Of a DNA stretch of 64,000 bases, positions 29,311 through 39,807 are shown piece by piece. Position numbers and translations under genes: made by a program. Origin of the DNA: a virus; IMG/VR virus record IMGVR_UViG_3300031949_000350, positions 1 to 64,000 of that record. One strand, written 5' to 3'. Under the pieces are notes generated by a model. It saw nothing but the letters and a program-made list of their open reading frames with translations, was not told the DNA's origin and ran no database searches. Each line of letters begins with the position of its first letter. Position 1 is the first letter of the stretch.

Positions 29311-29975
29311 TGTGGGTTGAACTCTCTATCCTCGTGTGGAACACTCACGGGCTCCCGTTGATTGGATCTGACCCTTATAAGGTGTCCGATTTCGCGCGTA
29401 GACAATCCGCTGATATTTCCATGTATCAGGAAGTGTGGACCGCTCGGCGTGCTAAGCTGCTCACTCCGCCGAATGGTTTCACCTCGCGCTGGACCTCGGC
29501 GGGACTGGTTACGAGCGCGCGTTATAGTAACCCAATGATCATCAGCAGCTACGAAGTCAAATTCAAGGACACGACTTGGTCGAAGATGGATTGGCTAGTA
29601 AAGAAGGGGGCCCTGTTTACGGTTAATGATGATTTCGTTATGTTCGTTAACACTCATCTTGACGCCGGCCGCGACGAGGAGAGCATCATTGTTCGCGCCT
29701 TGCAGCTTGATCAGATTCTTACTGAGGTTAAGAAGCATACTGGACCAGTGGTTCTCGCCGGCGATCTCAACCTAAAGCCGAAGGAACTGATGGACGGCCT
29801 CCTGCTGGCGGCCTTCTGTAAGAATGGAAATTTCGTGGTGTCGGCTCAGGGGTCGAATGGGAAGGACTTCATTCTGACTCGCGGAGACGTGACGATTAAG
29901 CATGTGGTCGAGCACAAAAATGATATCAGTGACCATTTCGCTCTGACTGCTACGGTGACCTATGACAACGATTGA
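29310..29975 (+). CDS. Endonuclease/exonuclease/phosphatase (EEP) family protein
   Basis: WNTHG, QEVW, NTHL, GDLN and SDH motifs. Confidence 0.85.
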   Translation: MWVELSILVWNTHGLPLIGSDPYKVSDFARRQSADISMYQEVWTARRAKLLTPPNGFTSRWTSAGLVTSARYSNPMIISSYEVKFKDTTWSKMDWLVKKGALFTVNDDFVMFVNTHLDAGRDEESIIVRALQLDQILTEVKKHTGPVVLAGDLNLKPKELMDGLLLAAFCKNGNFVVSAQGSNGKDFILTRGDVTIKHVVEHKNDISDHFALTATVTYDND

Positions 29976-30195
29976 CTTTATCGGGCATGTGGGCTACGCT
30001 CTTTTGGTAGTAGGTATGATTCTCGTGGCTCGAAAGAAGACAATGGGGTGGCTGTTTAGATTAACTGGAGAATTCATTTGGGCCGGATTAGGACTTAAAC
30101 TAGGCTTGACATCGATCTGGTTCTGGGGAGTAATATTCATCATGATTGACATACTAGCTTACTGTCATTGGAGGATCAGTGATGAAAACTCCTGA
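29962..30195 (+). CDS. Small three-TM (PnuC-like) membrane protein
   Basis: Three TMs; RKKTMGW; W-rich. Confidence 0.55.
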   Translation: MTTIDFIGHVGYALLVVGMILVARKKTMGWLFRLTGEFIWAGLGLKLGLTSIWFWGVIFIMIDILAYCHWRISDENS

Positions 30196-30787
30196 TAAGA
30201 TGAAAGATCCTCCTGGCTGTTATGCTAGGAAAAAGTTGAACAGGGCAGGTAAACGTCGTTGCCGGCGATGTACCGCTGTTTTTAATTTGGTAAAAGGTGA
30301 TAAAACTATCCTATGTGAAAGGTGTCGAGTACATTGTTGTAGGTGTGATATTGAATTGACCGAAGATACTAAGGATAAGTCAGCTTCTAAGCGTAATCAA
30401 TATTACTGTAAGAAATGTGTTGCAGAAGTAGTGCGTCTTACTAGAGACAAGATGAAACAGCGAGATTATGATCTGCTTCGGAAGTACGGTATCACTGTTC
30501 TTGAGTATGAGGCTATCCTAGTCAGTCAAAATGGGGTATGTTGGATATGCCAGAAGTCCCCCACTGGAAACCGATTAGCAGTAGATCACAAGCATGAAGT
30601 AGGAGAAAAGAAGCGCAATCCCAGAGAGATTAGACCAAGAGTTAGAGGATTATTGTGCTGGGACTGTAATAGGGCGCTAGGAAAGTTTAGAGATAATCCG
30701 AGCGCGCTTAGAAAGGCGGCCGATTATCTAGAGATTTGGCCCGCTCAGAAAATTCTAACTCCTGATAAGGAGGACGGCGATGTCTAA
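30179..30787 (+). CDS. Endonuclease VII-like nuclease
   Basis: KYGIT, CWIC, AVDHKH, VRGLLCWDCN; AT-rich. Confidence 0.88.
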   Translation: MMKTPDKMKDPPGCYARKKLNRAGKRRCRRCTAVFNLVKGDKTILCERCRVHCCRCDIELTEDTKDKSASKRNQYYCKKCVAEVVRLTRDKMKQRDYDLLRKYGITVLEYEAILVSQNGVCWICQKSPTGNRLAVDHKHEVGEKKRNPREIRPRVRGLLCWDCNRALGKFRDNPSALRKAADYLEIWPAQKILTPDKEDGDV

Positions 30788-31640
30788 GATCACGGAAGTC
30801 GTTTATTTCGGGTTCGAGCTTGAGCTTCTTGAGGCTCACATCGCTGAGCACCGACAGCACGTTGACCGTCTGATCGTGGCGGAGCAGCAGCTTACCTCAA
30901 CTGGCTACCCTAAGCCGCTGTTCGCCCGTGACAATCGAAGTCGCTTTGAGAAGTACGATGTCGAGCTTGTCGAGGTTCCCACGGACGGCTACCAGAAGAT
31001 TGTCCCCGAGACGAACCGTCCTGGCTTCCCGTTCGAGGGTCGCCTCATCCATCAGGAGAAGATCAAGAAGCGCTTCATGCACCCTATCGTTAGATCTGGT
31101 GTTGACTACGTGCTGCACAGCGACACGGACGAGATCATCACCGAGTGGGACAAGGTGAAGGCGACGCTTGATGAGGGTAAAGGAATTAATGATCATGTCG
31201 GGATTGGGCTAACTGAGACGAGCGGCTATGTTAACGTCAAGAGCGGTCATCGTGATGTCTACCGATTCGCTCGTGCCGTTGAAGGGTTCGATCCGTCGCA
31301 CGCTCTAAAGAGCTTGCCTCGTGGATTCGTTGCTGGTCACTGTGGCTGGCACTTCAGTATGTGCTGCTCGCGTCTTGAAGAGTACTACTGGAAGTGGCTC
31401 AACCGTACCGATGACTGGGGCTCCTACGGTGATACGCCTCCTACCCTCCTGGCTGCGCTGCCGAAGCTAAGCTGGTATCTGTCTAACATGGGGCCTACTA
31501 CGGACCCGATGCTGATCTTTGCCGGGAAGCACTTTGCTGTCCCGACTCCTGAGAACGTGGTGGAGCTTTCGGATCTTCCCAGCTTCATCGGAGAGAACAT
31601 CAATCTCTTCCCGCACATCGAGGTTCAGAATGAAGTGTAA
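30780..31640 (+). CDS. GT17-like glycosyltransferase
   Basis: FELELL...VDRLIVAE...GYPKPL, SDTDEI, GWHFS. Confidence 0.7.
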   Translation: MSKITEVVYFGFELELLEAHIAEHRQHVDRLIVAEQQLTSTGYPKPLFARDNRSRFEKYDVELVEVPTDGYQKIVPETNRPGFPFEGRLIHQEKIKKRFMHPIVRSGVDYVLHSDTDEIITEWDKVKATLDEGKGINDHVGIGLTETSGYVNVKSGHRDVYRFARAVEGFDPSHALKSLPRGFVAGHCGWHFSMCCSRLEEYYWKWLNRTDDWGSYGDTPPTLLAALPKLSWYLSNMGPTTDPMLIFAGKHFAVPTPENVVELSDLPSFIGENINLFPHIEVQNEV

Positions 31641-33153
31641 GCACTGCAAGAGCGAGAATGTTGAATACCGAGGCGCTCGTGGAGAAGGCAAGAAGCGCCA
31701 GTTCTGTCAGGATTGCAGGAAGTGGTCTACAGTTAAAGTAGACTATAAGTCGATTCCTAAGTTCGAGTATCTGGGTGAGAGTTCTGAGCGTGCTGTCAAG
31801 AAGCACAATACGTTCATCGTCACCTCGGCTCAGAACAACACTCCGGTGGACAAGCTGTTCTGGCAGTCGCTACTCAATCTTCAGAAGCACTACGACGCCG
31901 CGCTATTCGTTATCCCTACTCTTTATCGAAACCCGTCGGTTCCTGGTATCGAGAAGGAAGATGCGTGGTGGCCCCAGGAAGTGATTCCCTATCTGATTGA
32001 CGAAGGCATCCAGCTTGCTCCGGGTATCGTGGTGATGGCTCAAGTAAAGATTGGAGCGACGACCGATAACCCGCTGACCGGACTAGATAGTCTTTCGCGC
32101 GGCGACTCTGCCATCTTTGGGCACGCACAGATCCAGATGAAGACTGTGGCAACTCCACAGCACAAGCTCCCGAAGATCCTGATGACGACAGGCTCGACCA
32201 GTGTTAAGTCCTACGGAATGAGTAAGGCAGGTATCAAGGGTGCTTTCCATCATGCGCTTGGAGCGGCTATTGTTGAGATAAACGGTGACGTATTCCATAT
32301 CCGTGGCGTGGTTGGTGATGAAAAGTCTGAGTTCTACGATCTTGATCTTCATGTGACTGCCAAAGGAGTTAGGAGTGGAAAGCGAATCGAAGCGCTAGTC
32401 GTGGGCGATGAACATAGTATGTTCACTTGCCCTGATGTAGTAAAGGCTACCTTCACGGACTCAGATTCCATTGTCAACGTGCTCAAGCCGAAGTACATCG
32501 TGAGACATGACGTGATCGACGCTTATACGATCAGTCATCACCACGACCACAGTCCTAGCAAGCAATATTCCAAGTACAAGTTCAACAAGAATCGACTGAT
32601 CGATGAGCTTGAACTGACTGCGCGCTACATCGAGAAGACGACCCCCAAGGGCTCGACCAACGTCATCGTCCCCTCGAACCACCACAACCATATCGCAAAA
32701 TGGCTTGAACTGGCGGACTGGCGGAGTGAGCCGTGGAATGCTAAGATTTACCATGAGATGTGGGCCGCGTGGCTGGACGCAATCGACAACGGGTTGAAAT
32801 TCCATCCGTTCACTTGGTGGATGAAGAACAACTGCAAGGCTGACACGCTGTATCTATTCGATGACTATCCGTTTATTGTCAAGGGAGTCTACCTCAGCTA
32901 TCACGGAGACAAGGGCATCAACGGAGCGAAGGGAAACCTCAGGCAATTCAGCAAGATAGGAGTGAAAACTGTGATTGGACACTGGCACTCTCCGGGCATC
33001 GAAAAGGGTGCCTATCTTGTAGGCACCAGCAGCAAGCTCAGCCTTGAGTACACTTCCGGGCCGAGTAGCTGGCTCAATTCACACTGTATCATCAGTGCGA
33101 ATGGTAAGCGGCAGATCATCAACATCATCAAGGGTCAGTGGAGGAAAGGGTAA
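31630..33153 (+). CDS. T5 A1-like metallophosphoesterase/nuclease
   Basis: TSAQNNT, GDEH, HD..D, SNH, HGDKGINGAKG, GHWHSP and SSW motifs; N-terminal Zn ribbon. Confidence 0.75.
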   Translation: MKCKHCKSENVEYRGARGEGKKRQFCQDCRKWSTVKVDYKSIPKFEYLGESSERAVKKHNTFIVTSAQNNTPVDKLFWQSLLNLQKHYDAALFVIPTLYRNPSVPGIEKEDAWWPQEVIPYLIDEGIQLAPGIVVMAQVKIGATTDNPLTGLDSLSRGDSAIFGHAQIQMKTVATPQHKLPKILMTTGSTSVKSYGMSKAGIKGAFHHALGAAIVEINGDVFHIRGVVGDEKSEFYDLDLHVTAKGVRSGKRIEALVVGDEHSMFTCPDVVKATFTDSDSIVNVLKPKYIVRHDVIDAYTISHHHDHSPSKQYSKYKFNKNRLIDELELTARYIEKTTPKGSTNVIVPSNHHNHIAKWLELADWRSEPWNAKIYHEMWAAWLDAIDNGLKFHPFTWWMKNNCKADTLYLFDDYPFIVKGVYLSYHGDKGINGAKGNLRQFSKIGVKTVIGHWHSPGIEKGAYLVGTSSKLSLEYTSGPSSWLNSHCIISANGKRQIINIIKGQWRKG

Positions 33154-33368
33154 TGCGGGAAGTAAATAGTCGAGTCATCAAGGCTTACGCTCGCGCTCTG
33201 GAGAGTCTCAAGGTGGCTATCCATGACGATCTCACGAAGAAGTTCCCTGATGACGCAGTCGTCGCAGAGTCCTTTGACCGGAGGATTCACGAGGTCGCTG
33301 AGGATCTTTGGATCTTCGCTCACGATCTCGCCCGTAAGGAGTTCGACATGGAGTGGGAGAAGTCGTGA
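33153..33368 (+). CDS. Hypothetical protein
   Basis: TAATG coupling; GGAGG RBS. Confidence 0.5.
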   Translation: MREVNSRVIKAYARALESLKVAIHDDLTKKFPDDAVVAESFDRRIHEVAEDLWIFAHDLARKEFDMEWEKS

Positions 33369-33892
33369 CGATTAATAAAGGATGCTGGCACCACGTCCTT
33401 ACCACGGTTGGCGAGGGCGGCACTCTACTTGAACTAGGCTCCGGGGAGACGAGCCAGCGCTTTGTCAACTACGGCCTCAAGGTCTACTCCATTGAGCACG
33501 ATCCCGAGTGGGTTGGCAAGTATCCCGGCGTGAACTACATTTATGCTCCTTTGGTTAGGCAGGACGAGGAAGACTTCCATCCGTACTTCCTCAGGATGGA
33601 TTGCGTGCCTGAGTGGTATGACCATACGATTGTGCATAACGCGATCAAGGATCTGAAGTACGACGCCCTGCTCTTGGATGGCCCGCAGCGTAAATACCGT
33701 CCAGGGTTCTTCTACAACCACGCTATGTTCGATACCTCTGTGCCGTGGTTCGCAGACGACATGAATCGGCCTGAGTGGTTTCGAGCACTTCTCTGGACAG
33801 CGGTGGAGAGGGGGCTGGACTCATTCCCAGAGATTCACGGCGTTCAAACTGATCACGCCTGGACAGTGTTCCCGGCGCAGGGAGGTAAGTAA
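33353..33892 (+). CDS. Class I SAM-dependent methyltransferase-like protein
   Basis: LELGSG, SIEHD..W, LLDGP and DD motifs. Confidence 0.75.
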   Translation: MGEVVTINKGCWHHVLTTVGEGGTLLELGSGETSQRFVNYGLKVYSIEHDPEWVGKYPGVNYIYAPLVRQDEEDFHPYFLRMDCVPEWYDHTIVHNAIKDLKYDALLLDGPQRKYRPGFFYNHAMFDTSVPWFADDMNRPEWFRALLWTAVERGLDSFPEIHGVQTDHAWTVFPAQGGK

Positions 33893-33893
33893 G

Positions 33894-34637
33894 ATGCTGG
33901 ACAAGCTACTCGACCTTATCAAGCGTAGGGGCGGGCACCGTATGATTACACGAGATGGAAAGCCTTACCTTGAACGCTTCTATCTGTTCAAGACTAGCTG
34001 GCTCACGATCATGATTCACAAGTTCTGGGCGAGCGACCCGGACGAGCCGCATGACCATCCGTGGAATTGGGCTTCGCTCGTGCTTCGCGGTAGCTATCGA
34101 GAGCACGGAGTTGACGGGGTTAGTACCCTACGCCATCCTCTTAGTTTCCGCATCCGGCGAGCCGAAGAGTTCCATAGGATTGAGGCTTTCTGTCCTGGCT
34201 GGACGACTACTCTCTTCTTCACTGGCAAACGTCGCCGTGAGTGGGGCTTCCTCCGGGGCGAGAAGTGGATTCCTGCTAGCGAGTATGACCGGCAGGAAGT
34301 GGAGATCCAGGGCCGTGACTTCGTAGTCGAGGGGATCTTCTTCCCGAAAGTGCGATATCTCAAAGCTCGGCACACTCATCTCGATGCTGAGACTGATTGT
34401 ATGCTACCGGTGAAGACAGGAGATCCGATTGTAAAGCATGAACCTGCACGGAGGTTCACGGATGAGCAGATCATTCAAGGGCTGTTTGGGGTGTTTCCAG
34501 TTCCGGCTTCCTCCAATGCAACAGACGGCCGCTTTGCCATTGAGAAGCTGATCGAAGTCGTGGACTACGTTGCGAAGCTAGAAGCCAGGGTAGATGAACT
34601 GGAGTGGGACAAGATTGAGGAGGATAATTGGTGCTGA
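33894..34637 (+). CDS. Cupin-domain protein with C-terminal coiled coil
   Basis: PYLER, HDHPW, GSYRE, FHRI and EWGF motifs. Confidence 0.7.
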   Translation: MLDKLLDLIKRRGGHRMITRDGKPYLERFYLFKTSWLTIMIHKFWASDPDEPHDHPWNWASLVLRGSYREHGVDGVSTLRHPLSFRIRRAEEFHRIEAFCPGWTTTLFFTGKRRREWGFLRGEKWIPASEYDRQEVEIQGRDFVVEGIFFPKVRYLKARHTHLDAETDCMLPVKTGDPIVKHEPARRFTDEQIIQGLFGVFPVPASSNATDGRFAIEKLIEVVDYVAKLEARVDELEWDKIEEDNWC

Positions 34638-34730
34638 ACAAGTATGAGCGATTCTTTCTGTGGTTTGCGGCCGGTCTGTCAGTGGGTCACTTTGCTGATT
34701 ACATTTGGTCACTTATGGAGAAACTATAAT

Positions 34731-34883
34731 ATGTCACAAGCAGCAGTCGATGCAACAAGCGCTCTCAGAGCCAATAACAAGTTTCTTGCTGAGAAAGTGG
34801 TTGAGTTGATTGATTATATCTCCAATCTTGAGGCTAGGATCAAGAGTCTTGAGGATAATGATAGTTGGGCGGTTTGGGTATGA
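34731..34883 (+). CDS. Small coiled-coil protein
   Basis: GGAG RBS; similar to the C-terminus of the upstream gene. Confidence 0.45.
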   Translation: MSQAAVDATSALRANNKFLAEKVVELIDYISNLEARIKSLEDNDSWAVWV

Positions 34884-35878
34884 AGATTGGTCTTAGCTAT
34901 GGTGACGTGTGCATGGTGCCGCGGTATAATAACGTGGTCAGCCGCTCCGTCCCTTCCTTCAAGACAATGGCTACTAAGAACAGCTTCATGAGCATCCCGA
35001 TCTTCGCGGCCAACATGGACACGATTATCGGGCCGGAGCTTGCGGAGGTGCTGATCAAGTTCGGTAGCATCCCGATCTTCCACCGCTTCTACCGGGAGAA
35101 TGATGACACTGTTCATATCAACATGCGGCCGAAGTCTGAACTGATTGATTTGGTCCATAAGTACGAGGAGAGGTGTTATGTATCTTGGGGTGCTGGTGAT
35201 CTTGGCTCTTTGTTTAGCTTACTCGCTGATAACGCGCTCAAACCGAGAGGGGTATGTATCGACATCGCACATGGTCACTCGATCATGGTCGAGGAAGCAA
35301 TCAAGCGCATCAAGGACCGATTCGATGGGACCGAAGTAATCGCTGGGAATGTCTGCACGGTAGACGCGGTAATGGATCTTGCCCACTGGGGCGCTGACGC
35401 TGTCAAGGTAGGGATCGGCCCAGGATCGGTCTGTACCACCCGTCGGATCACAGCTTTCGGCGCTCCCCAGTTCACTGCGGTACAGGAATGTGCAGAGATG
35501 GGCAAGCGCCTCAAGGTGCCGATCATCGCAGATGGCGGTATCCGAGGCTCGCGTGAGATGATCCTGGCGCTCGCCGCGGGGGCTTCCTCCGTCATGATCG
35601 GGGGACTCTTTGCTGAGACTTATGAGGCCGCTGGAAAGGGCAGCTTCCGCGGTCAGGCATCTCAGGCGTTCCAGAACGACTACTTTGGTGGTGTCAAGGA
35701 AGGTACCGTGCCAGAGGGTGTAAGTCGAACAGTCAAGCAGTATGTGTCGGCTGAGGCGAAGATCAAGGATCTACTCGCTGGACTGGCGTCCGGTATGACC
35801 TACGCTGGAGCAAAGACTATCACTGAACTTCAGGAGAAGGCCGAGTTCATGCAGATTACGCCGAGTTATTGGGGCTAG
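34880..35878 (+). CDS. IMP dehydrogenase/GMP reductase family protein (no CBS domains)
   Basis: ANMDT, DIAHGH, AGNV, GIGPGSVCTTR, ADGGI and PEGV motifs. Confidence 0.9.
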   Translation: MKIGLSYGDVCMVPRYNNVVSRSVPSFKTMATKNSFMSIPIFAANMDTIIGPELAEVLIKFGSIPIFHRFYRENDDTVHINMRPKSELIDLVHKYEERCYVSWGAGDLGSLFSLLADNALKPRGVCIDIAHGHSIMVEEAIKRIKDRFDGTEVIAGNVCTVDAVMDLAHWGADAVKVGIGPGSVCTTRRITAFGAPQFTAVQECAEMGKRLKVPIIADGGIRGSREMILALAAGASSVMIGGLFAETYEAAGKGSFRGQASQAFQNDYFGGVKEGTVPEGVSRTVKQYVSAEAKIKDLLAGLASGMTYAGAKTITELQEKAEFMQITPSYWG

Positions 35879-36145
35879 CGATGAAGTGCAAGCATTGCCG
35901 CAAGGATGTCTACAAGCTTGGGCTGTGCAAGATGCACTATCTTCAATACACATTGAGAAAGAAGAACAAGTGATGGAACGATGCGACAGATTCATTCCCG
36001 GCCATAAGGGCGTAGGAACTCAGTGTATTCTAACTAAGGGTCATCAGGATTCCAAGAAGCCTGAGTATGCCGTTTGCTGTGCGGACGCGGCTACGCTACT
36101 TCATCGCGCTAAAGACGGCAAGTATCTCGACAAACCGGCCAAGCC

Positions 36146-36634
36146 GTGATGTTCGGATTCATCCCGCCTGAAGTGGCGAGCTATCTACAGATGATGCAGG
36201 CTGCGTTCGAGGCAGATGAGGCCAATACGCAGATCATCAAGTTAGTAGTCAAGAAGACCCGTTGCATGGGCTGCGGCAAATTCATGAGTTTGGACAACAC
36301 TTATCTGAACATTATGCCAATGGGCTACGGACACATGATCGAGTCCTGCATTACCAGCATCGTCACTAAGATCAGAGCCAACATGGAATCGTGGGACTGG
36401 AACAAGCACGAGCAGATCAACCCTAAGCCAGATACGATTATGTCGGCTAGAGAGGAAAGCGATGAAGAACGGAGAGATCGAGTTCAAGCTGAAGGCGAAG
36501 GACATCGAGAAGTACAAGAGGCGGAAGCCGGAATTTGGCCCGTTGGGGCTATTGACTTACAAGCGGACCTATGCCCGCCTGCTGGAGAATGGGAAGACGG
36601 AGGATTGGTGGCAGACAGTTCAGAGGGTGGTTGA
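36146..36634 (+). CDS. Hypothetical protein (3' part overlaps nrdJ)
   Basis: CMGC...H...C; GTGA coupling; long overlap makes the C-terminus doubtful. Confidence 0.35.
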   Translation: MMFGFIPPEVASYLQMMQAAFEADEANTQIIKLVVKKTRCMGCGKFMSLDNTYLNIMPMGYGHMIESCITSIVTKIRANMESWDWNKHEQINPKPDTIMSAREESDEERRDRVQAEGEGHREVQEAEAGIWPVGAIDLQADLCPPAGEWEDGGLVADSSEGG

Positions 36635-38432
36635 GGGTTGCTTTCTCGTTCAAAAGCAACATTGTCTTTGGTGGAAGTTGATCTGGAACGAGCGGCAGGC
36701 GCAGATCTCCGCGTTGAACATGTACGATCTGATCTTCAGCTTCAAGTTCCTTCCTCCGGGCCGTGGCCTGTGGAGTATGGGCACTCCCTTCATGTTTGAG
36801 AAGGGCTCAGCTTGTTTGAACAATTGCGGGTTCGTCTCGACTGATAACATCAACAAGGAGTTCGTGGAGCCATTCGTCTGGCTGATGGATATGAGCATGA
36901 ATGGTGTGGGGGTGGGTTTCGATACGGATGGAGCGAAGAAGAATGTCTTCCTGCGCAAACCTCACCGTGGTACAGAGATTCACGTCGTGGAAGACTCCAG
37001 GGAGGGCTGGGTTGTTGCTTTCCGGCGGGTTCTTGAGGCATACACAGGGAGAAATACTCTCCCTGCTAGCTTCGACTACAGTCTGATTCGTCCTGCCGGT
37101 TCCGTCATCAAGGGCTTCGGTGGAATCGCCCCCGGGCCTGATCCTTTGATCAAACTGGTAGAGCGGACGGAGCGGCTCTGTGAATCCTACGTCACGGCTG
37201 ATGAATGGGTGGATTCTACGTTTATTGTTGATTTGATGAATTATGTCGGTGCGGCCGTTGTAGCGGGTGGTATCCGCCGAACGGCTGAGATCGCTTTCGG
37301 CTCTCCTCTGGACGAGGCGTTCCTTACCCTGAAGGATCAGGCAAACATCGACAATCCTGAGCTTGCCCGCTGGGCTAGCAACAATTCACTGATCGTCAAG
37401 GTTGGGGAGTCCTATTCCGCAGCGATTCGTTCCGCGACGAATGGGGAGCCCGGTTTCTTCTGGTTGGATAACGCACGGGCGTATGGACGCATCGCTGACG
37501 GCAAAAACTGGAAGGACAAAAGGGCAAAGGGCTGCAATCCGTGCGGGGAGCAGACCTTGGAGTCGTTCGAGCTTTGCAACCTCGTGGAGACGTTTCCGTC
37601 ACGGCATGAGAGTCTGAAGGAGTATATGGGGACGTTGAAGTACGCCTATATGTACGCCAAGACCACGACTCTTCTCCCAACCCATGACGGTCGGACGAAC
37701 GCGGTTATGTTCCGCAATCGGCGGATCGGATTATCGCAGTCTGGTATCATCGAGAACATCAACAGGGTCGGCTTCCGTGAGCACATCAATTGGTGCGACA
37801 AGGGCTATGATGAGGTGCAGCGGTGGGATGAGATTTATTCTGATTGGCTGTGTGTACCGCGCTCGATTAAGACGACCACGGTCAAGCCTAGCGGCACAGT
37901 GAGTCTATTGCCCGGCATTTCCCCTGGTATTCACTTTCCTCACTCCGAATACTACATTCGGCGCGTGCGACTGAACAAGACAAGTGAACTGGTTGACAAG
38001 CTGATGAATGCAGGCTATCATGTTGAACAGGACTTTTACGAAAAGGATCAGACCGTAGTAGCAGAGTTCCCTGTCCATGAGAAGCACTTCAAACGGAGCA
38101 AGGATGAGGTGAGCATCTGGGAGCAGCTTGAGTTAGCGGCAGCTATGCAAGCTAAATGGTCTGATAATCAGGTTAGCATTACGATCACTGTGAGGCCGGA
38201 AGAGGCCCGTGACCTCCCCCGCGCCCTATCTATGTATGAGAAGCGGCTGAAGGCGGTCAGCTTCCTCCCGCTTCGGGGGGATCAGGTCTACAAGCAGGCT
38301 CCTTATGAAGCGATCACGAAAGAGAAGTATGAAGAGATGGACGCTAAGCTCAAGCCACTCAAGCTGGATGTGACAGATCAGGCCGACCGCGTGATTGACA
38401 AGATGTGCGATGGGGAGACTTGTTTAATCTAA
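36462..38432 (+). CDS. nrdJ: Class II (B12-dependent) ribonucleotide reductase
   Basis: YKRTYAR, PPGRGLW, LNNC, GVGVGF, NPCGEQ.L...ELCNL, VKPSGT; C-terminal CDGETC. Confidence 0.93.
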   Translation: MKNGEIEFKLKAKDIEKYKRRKPEFGPLGLLTYKRTYARLLENGKTEDWWQTVQRVVEGCFLVQKQHCLWWKLIWNERQAQISALNMYDLIFSFKFLPPGRGLWSMGTPFMFEKGSACLNNCGFVSTDNINKEFVEPFVWLMDMSMNGVGVGFDTDGAKKNVFLRKPHRGTEIHVVEDSREGWVVAFRRVLEAYTGRNTLPASFDYSLIRPAGSVIKGFGGIAPGPDPLIKLVERTERLCESYVTADEWVDSTFIVDLMNYVGAAVVAGGIRRTAEIAFGSPLDEAFLTLKDQANIDNPELARWASNNSLIVKVGESYSAAIRSATNGEPGFFWLDNARAYGRIADGKNWKDKRAKGCNPCGEQTLESFELCNLVETFPSRHESLKEYMGTLKYAYMYAKTTTLLPTHDGRTNAVMFRNRRIGLSQSGIIENINRVGFREHINWCDKGYDEVQRWDEIYSDWLCVPRSIKTTTVKPSGTVSLLPGISPGIHFPHSEYYIRRVRLNKTSELVDKLMNAGYHVEQDFYEKDQTVVAEFPVHEKHFKRSKDEVSIWEQLELAAAMQAKWSDNQVSITITVRPEEARDLPRALSMYEKRLKAVSFLPLRGDQVYKQAPYEAITKEKYEEMDAKLKPLKLDVTDQADRVIDKMCDGETCLI

Positions 38433-38451
38433 CTGGGACAGCGCTCAGCGC

Positions 38452-38473
38452 GAAACGGTATTATCTAGTAGGG
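38452..38473 (+). promoter_or_regulatory. Conserved phage promoter-like motif, copy 3
   Basis: GAAACGGTATTATCTAGTAGGG, intergenic, just before the GGAGG RBS. Confidence 0.72.
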
Positions 38474-38483
38474 AGGAAACCAA

Positions 38484-39626
38484 ATGACACAGAATTTTGC
38501 CTGGATGGATACGCTCATTGCCTCGGGTCACCGGTTCGCGGTCAACGACAACTGCTCATTCTCGATGCTCTTTCAGTTCTCCGCCAACTTCACCGCGAGA
38601 CATATTGTCTCTCACCGGGTGAATGGGCTGGTGGACATCGACAAGCTCACCTCCATTTTGGAATCGAAGGGTATGGAGCAGATCCGTACCCACAAGATGC
38701 ACGGTACGGCTAGTGAGCTTATTGGCAACACCGTCATCAAGAATGAGTTCCAAAAGACTTCGTCCATCTACTCGACTGACTGGACCTTCGTTATGTTGGT
38801 GCGCAATGCGTACAATCCAGGCTTCGATCTGCACGTCATGGATGCCTCGGAGAATAAGGAGTTCAGCACCCTGTTCGAGACTGAACTGTTCCAAATGTTC
38901 ACCAACGACAAAGAGAAGAAGGGATCGGTATTCGCCCTGATGATGAACGACGGATCGCTGGATCTTGCCAAGCTGGGTGAGATGAAAGACCCACTCGTGA
39001 AGGAAAACTACATGCCGGAAGTGGTCGAGGCGTTCGATCACATCTGCGCTTGCCTGTCCTCTCAGACTCCCTGTGGGCGCATCGCGATGCTGGACGGGCC
39101 TCCCGGTACCGGCAAGAGCTTCATGATCCGCAGTCTGATCCATCAAGTGAAGGGCGTCCACATCATCATCCCTGGCAGCATGGTTGCGGATCTCAGCAGT
39201 CCTAACTTCCTCTCCATTCTTCATGGGGCGCACGAGGCGGGCAAGCCGCTCGTGCTGATCATCGAAGATGCGGATCTGCTCGTGGTCAACCGTAAGCAGG
39301 GCAACCTCCGTATTCTCTCTGACGTGCTCAACCTCGGAGATGGACTTCTCGGCCAGATGCTCGACATCCGAATCATTGCCAGCACCAACGCCAAGCGGAT
39401 TGAGCTTGACGAGGCAGTGACTCGGCCCGGCCGTATGTGCCGTCACACGACGATCAGTACGCTTCCTTATGATCAGGCGAAGGAAATCTACAAGCGCCTG
39501 ACTGATAAGGAGGCCACCTTCAAGAAGCGTACCTACACTCTGGCTGAGATCTATCGCTTCGCACGCCAGGACGGCTGGACGGCGGAGGAGAAGACTCCGA
39601 CGTATGAGGGCGGAAACTATGCCTAA
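38484..39626 (+). CDS. AAA+ ATPase
   Basis: GPPGTGKS, IIEDAD, STN and RPGR motifs. Confidence 0.88.
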   Translation: MTQNFAWMDTLIASGHRFAVNDNCSFSMLFQFSANFTARHIVSHRVNGLVDIDKLTSILESKGMEQIRTHKMHGTASELIGNTVIKNEFQKTSSIYSTDWTFVMLVRNAYNPGFDLHVMDASENKEFSTLFETELFQMFTNDKEKKGSVFALMMNDGSLDLAKLGEMKDPLVKENYMPEVVEAFDHICACLSSQTPCGRIAMLDGPPGTGKSFMIRSLIHQVKGVHIIIPGSMVADLSSPNFLSILHGAHEAGKPLVLIIEDADLLVVNRKQGNLRILSDVLNLGDGLLGQMLDIRIIASTNAKRIELDEAVTRPGRMCRHTTISTLPYDQAKEIYKRLTDKEATFKKRTYTLAEIYRFARQDGWTAEEKTPTYEGGNYA

Positions 39627-39807
39627 GGTATTTATCGTCCAGTTCAGAGATTCCTTTGAAGAGGATTGGTGGGTTGAGAAGGTCTATTCCAACAAAGAAG
39701 CTGCCGATAAGGAGTCGGAAAGACTGAACAAGAAGCACCTATCTAAGACTAGAGACATGTACGGAGACGGATGGAGTGTGATAGAGCAGGAGGTTCATGA
39801 TGCCTAA
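39619..39807 (+). CDS. Hypothetical protein
   Basis: MPKVFIV...KVYSNKEAA, a pattern common in small phage proteins. Confidence 0.55.
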   Translation: MPKVFIVQFRDSFEEDWWVEKVYSNKEAADKESERLNKKHLSKTRDMYGDGWSVIEQEVHDA

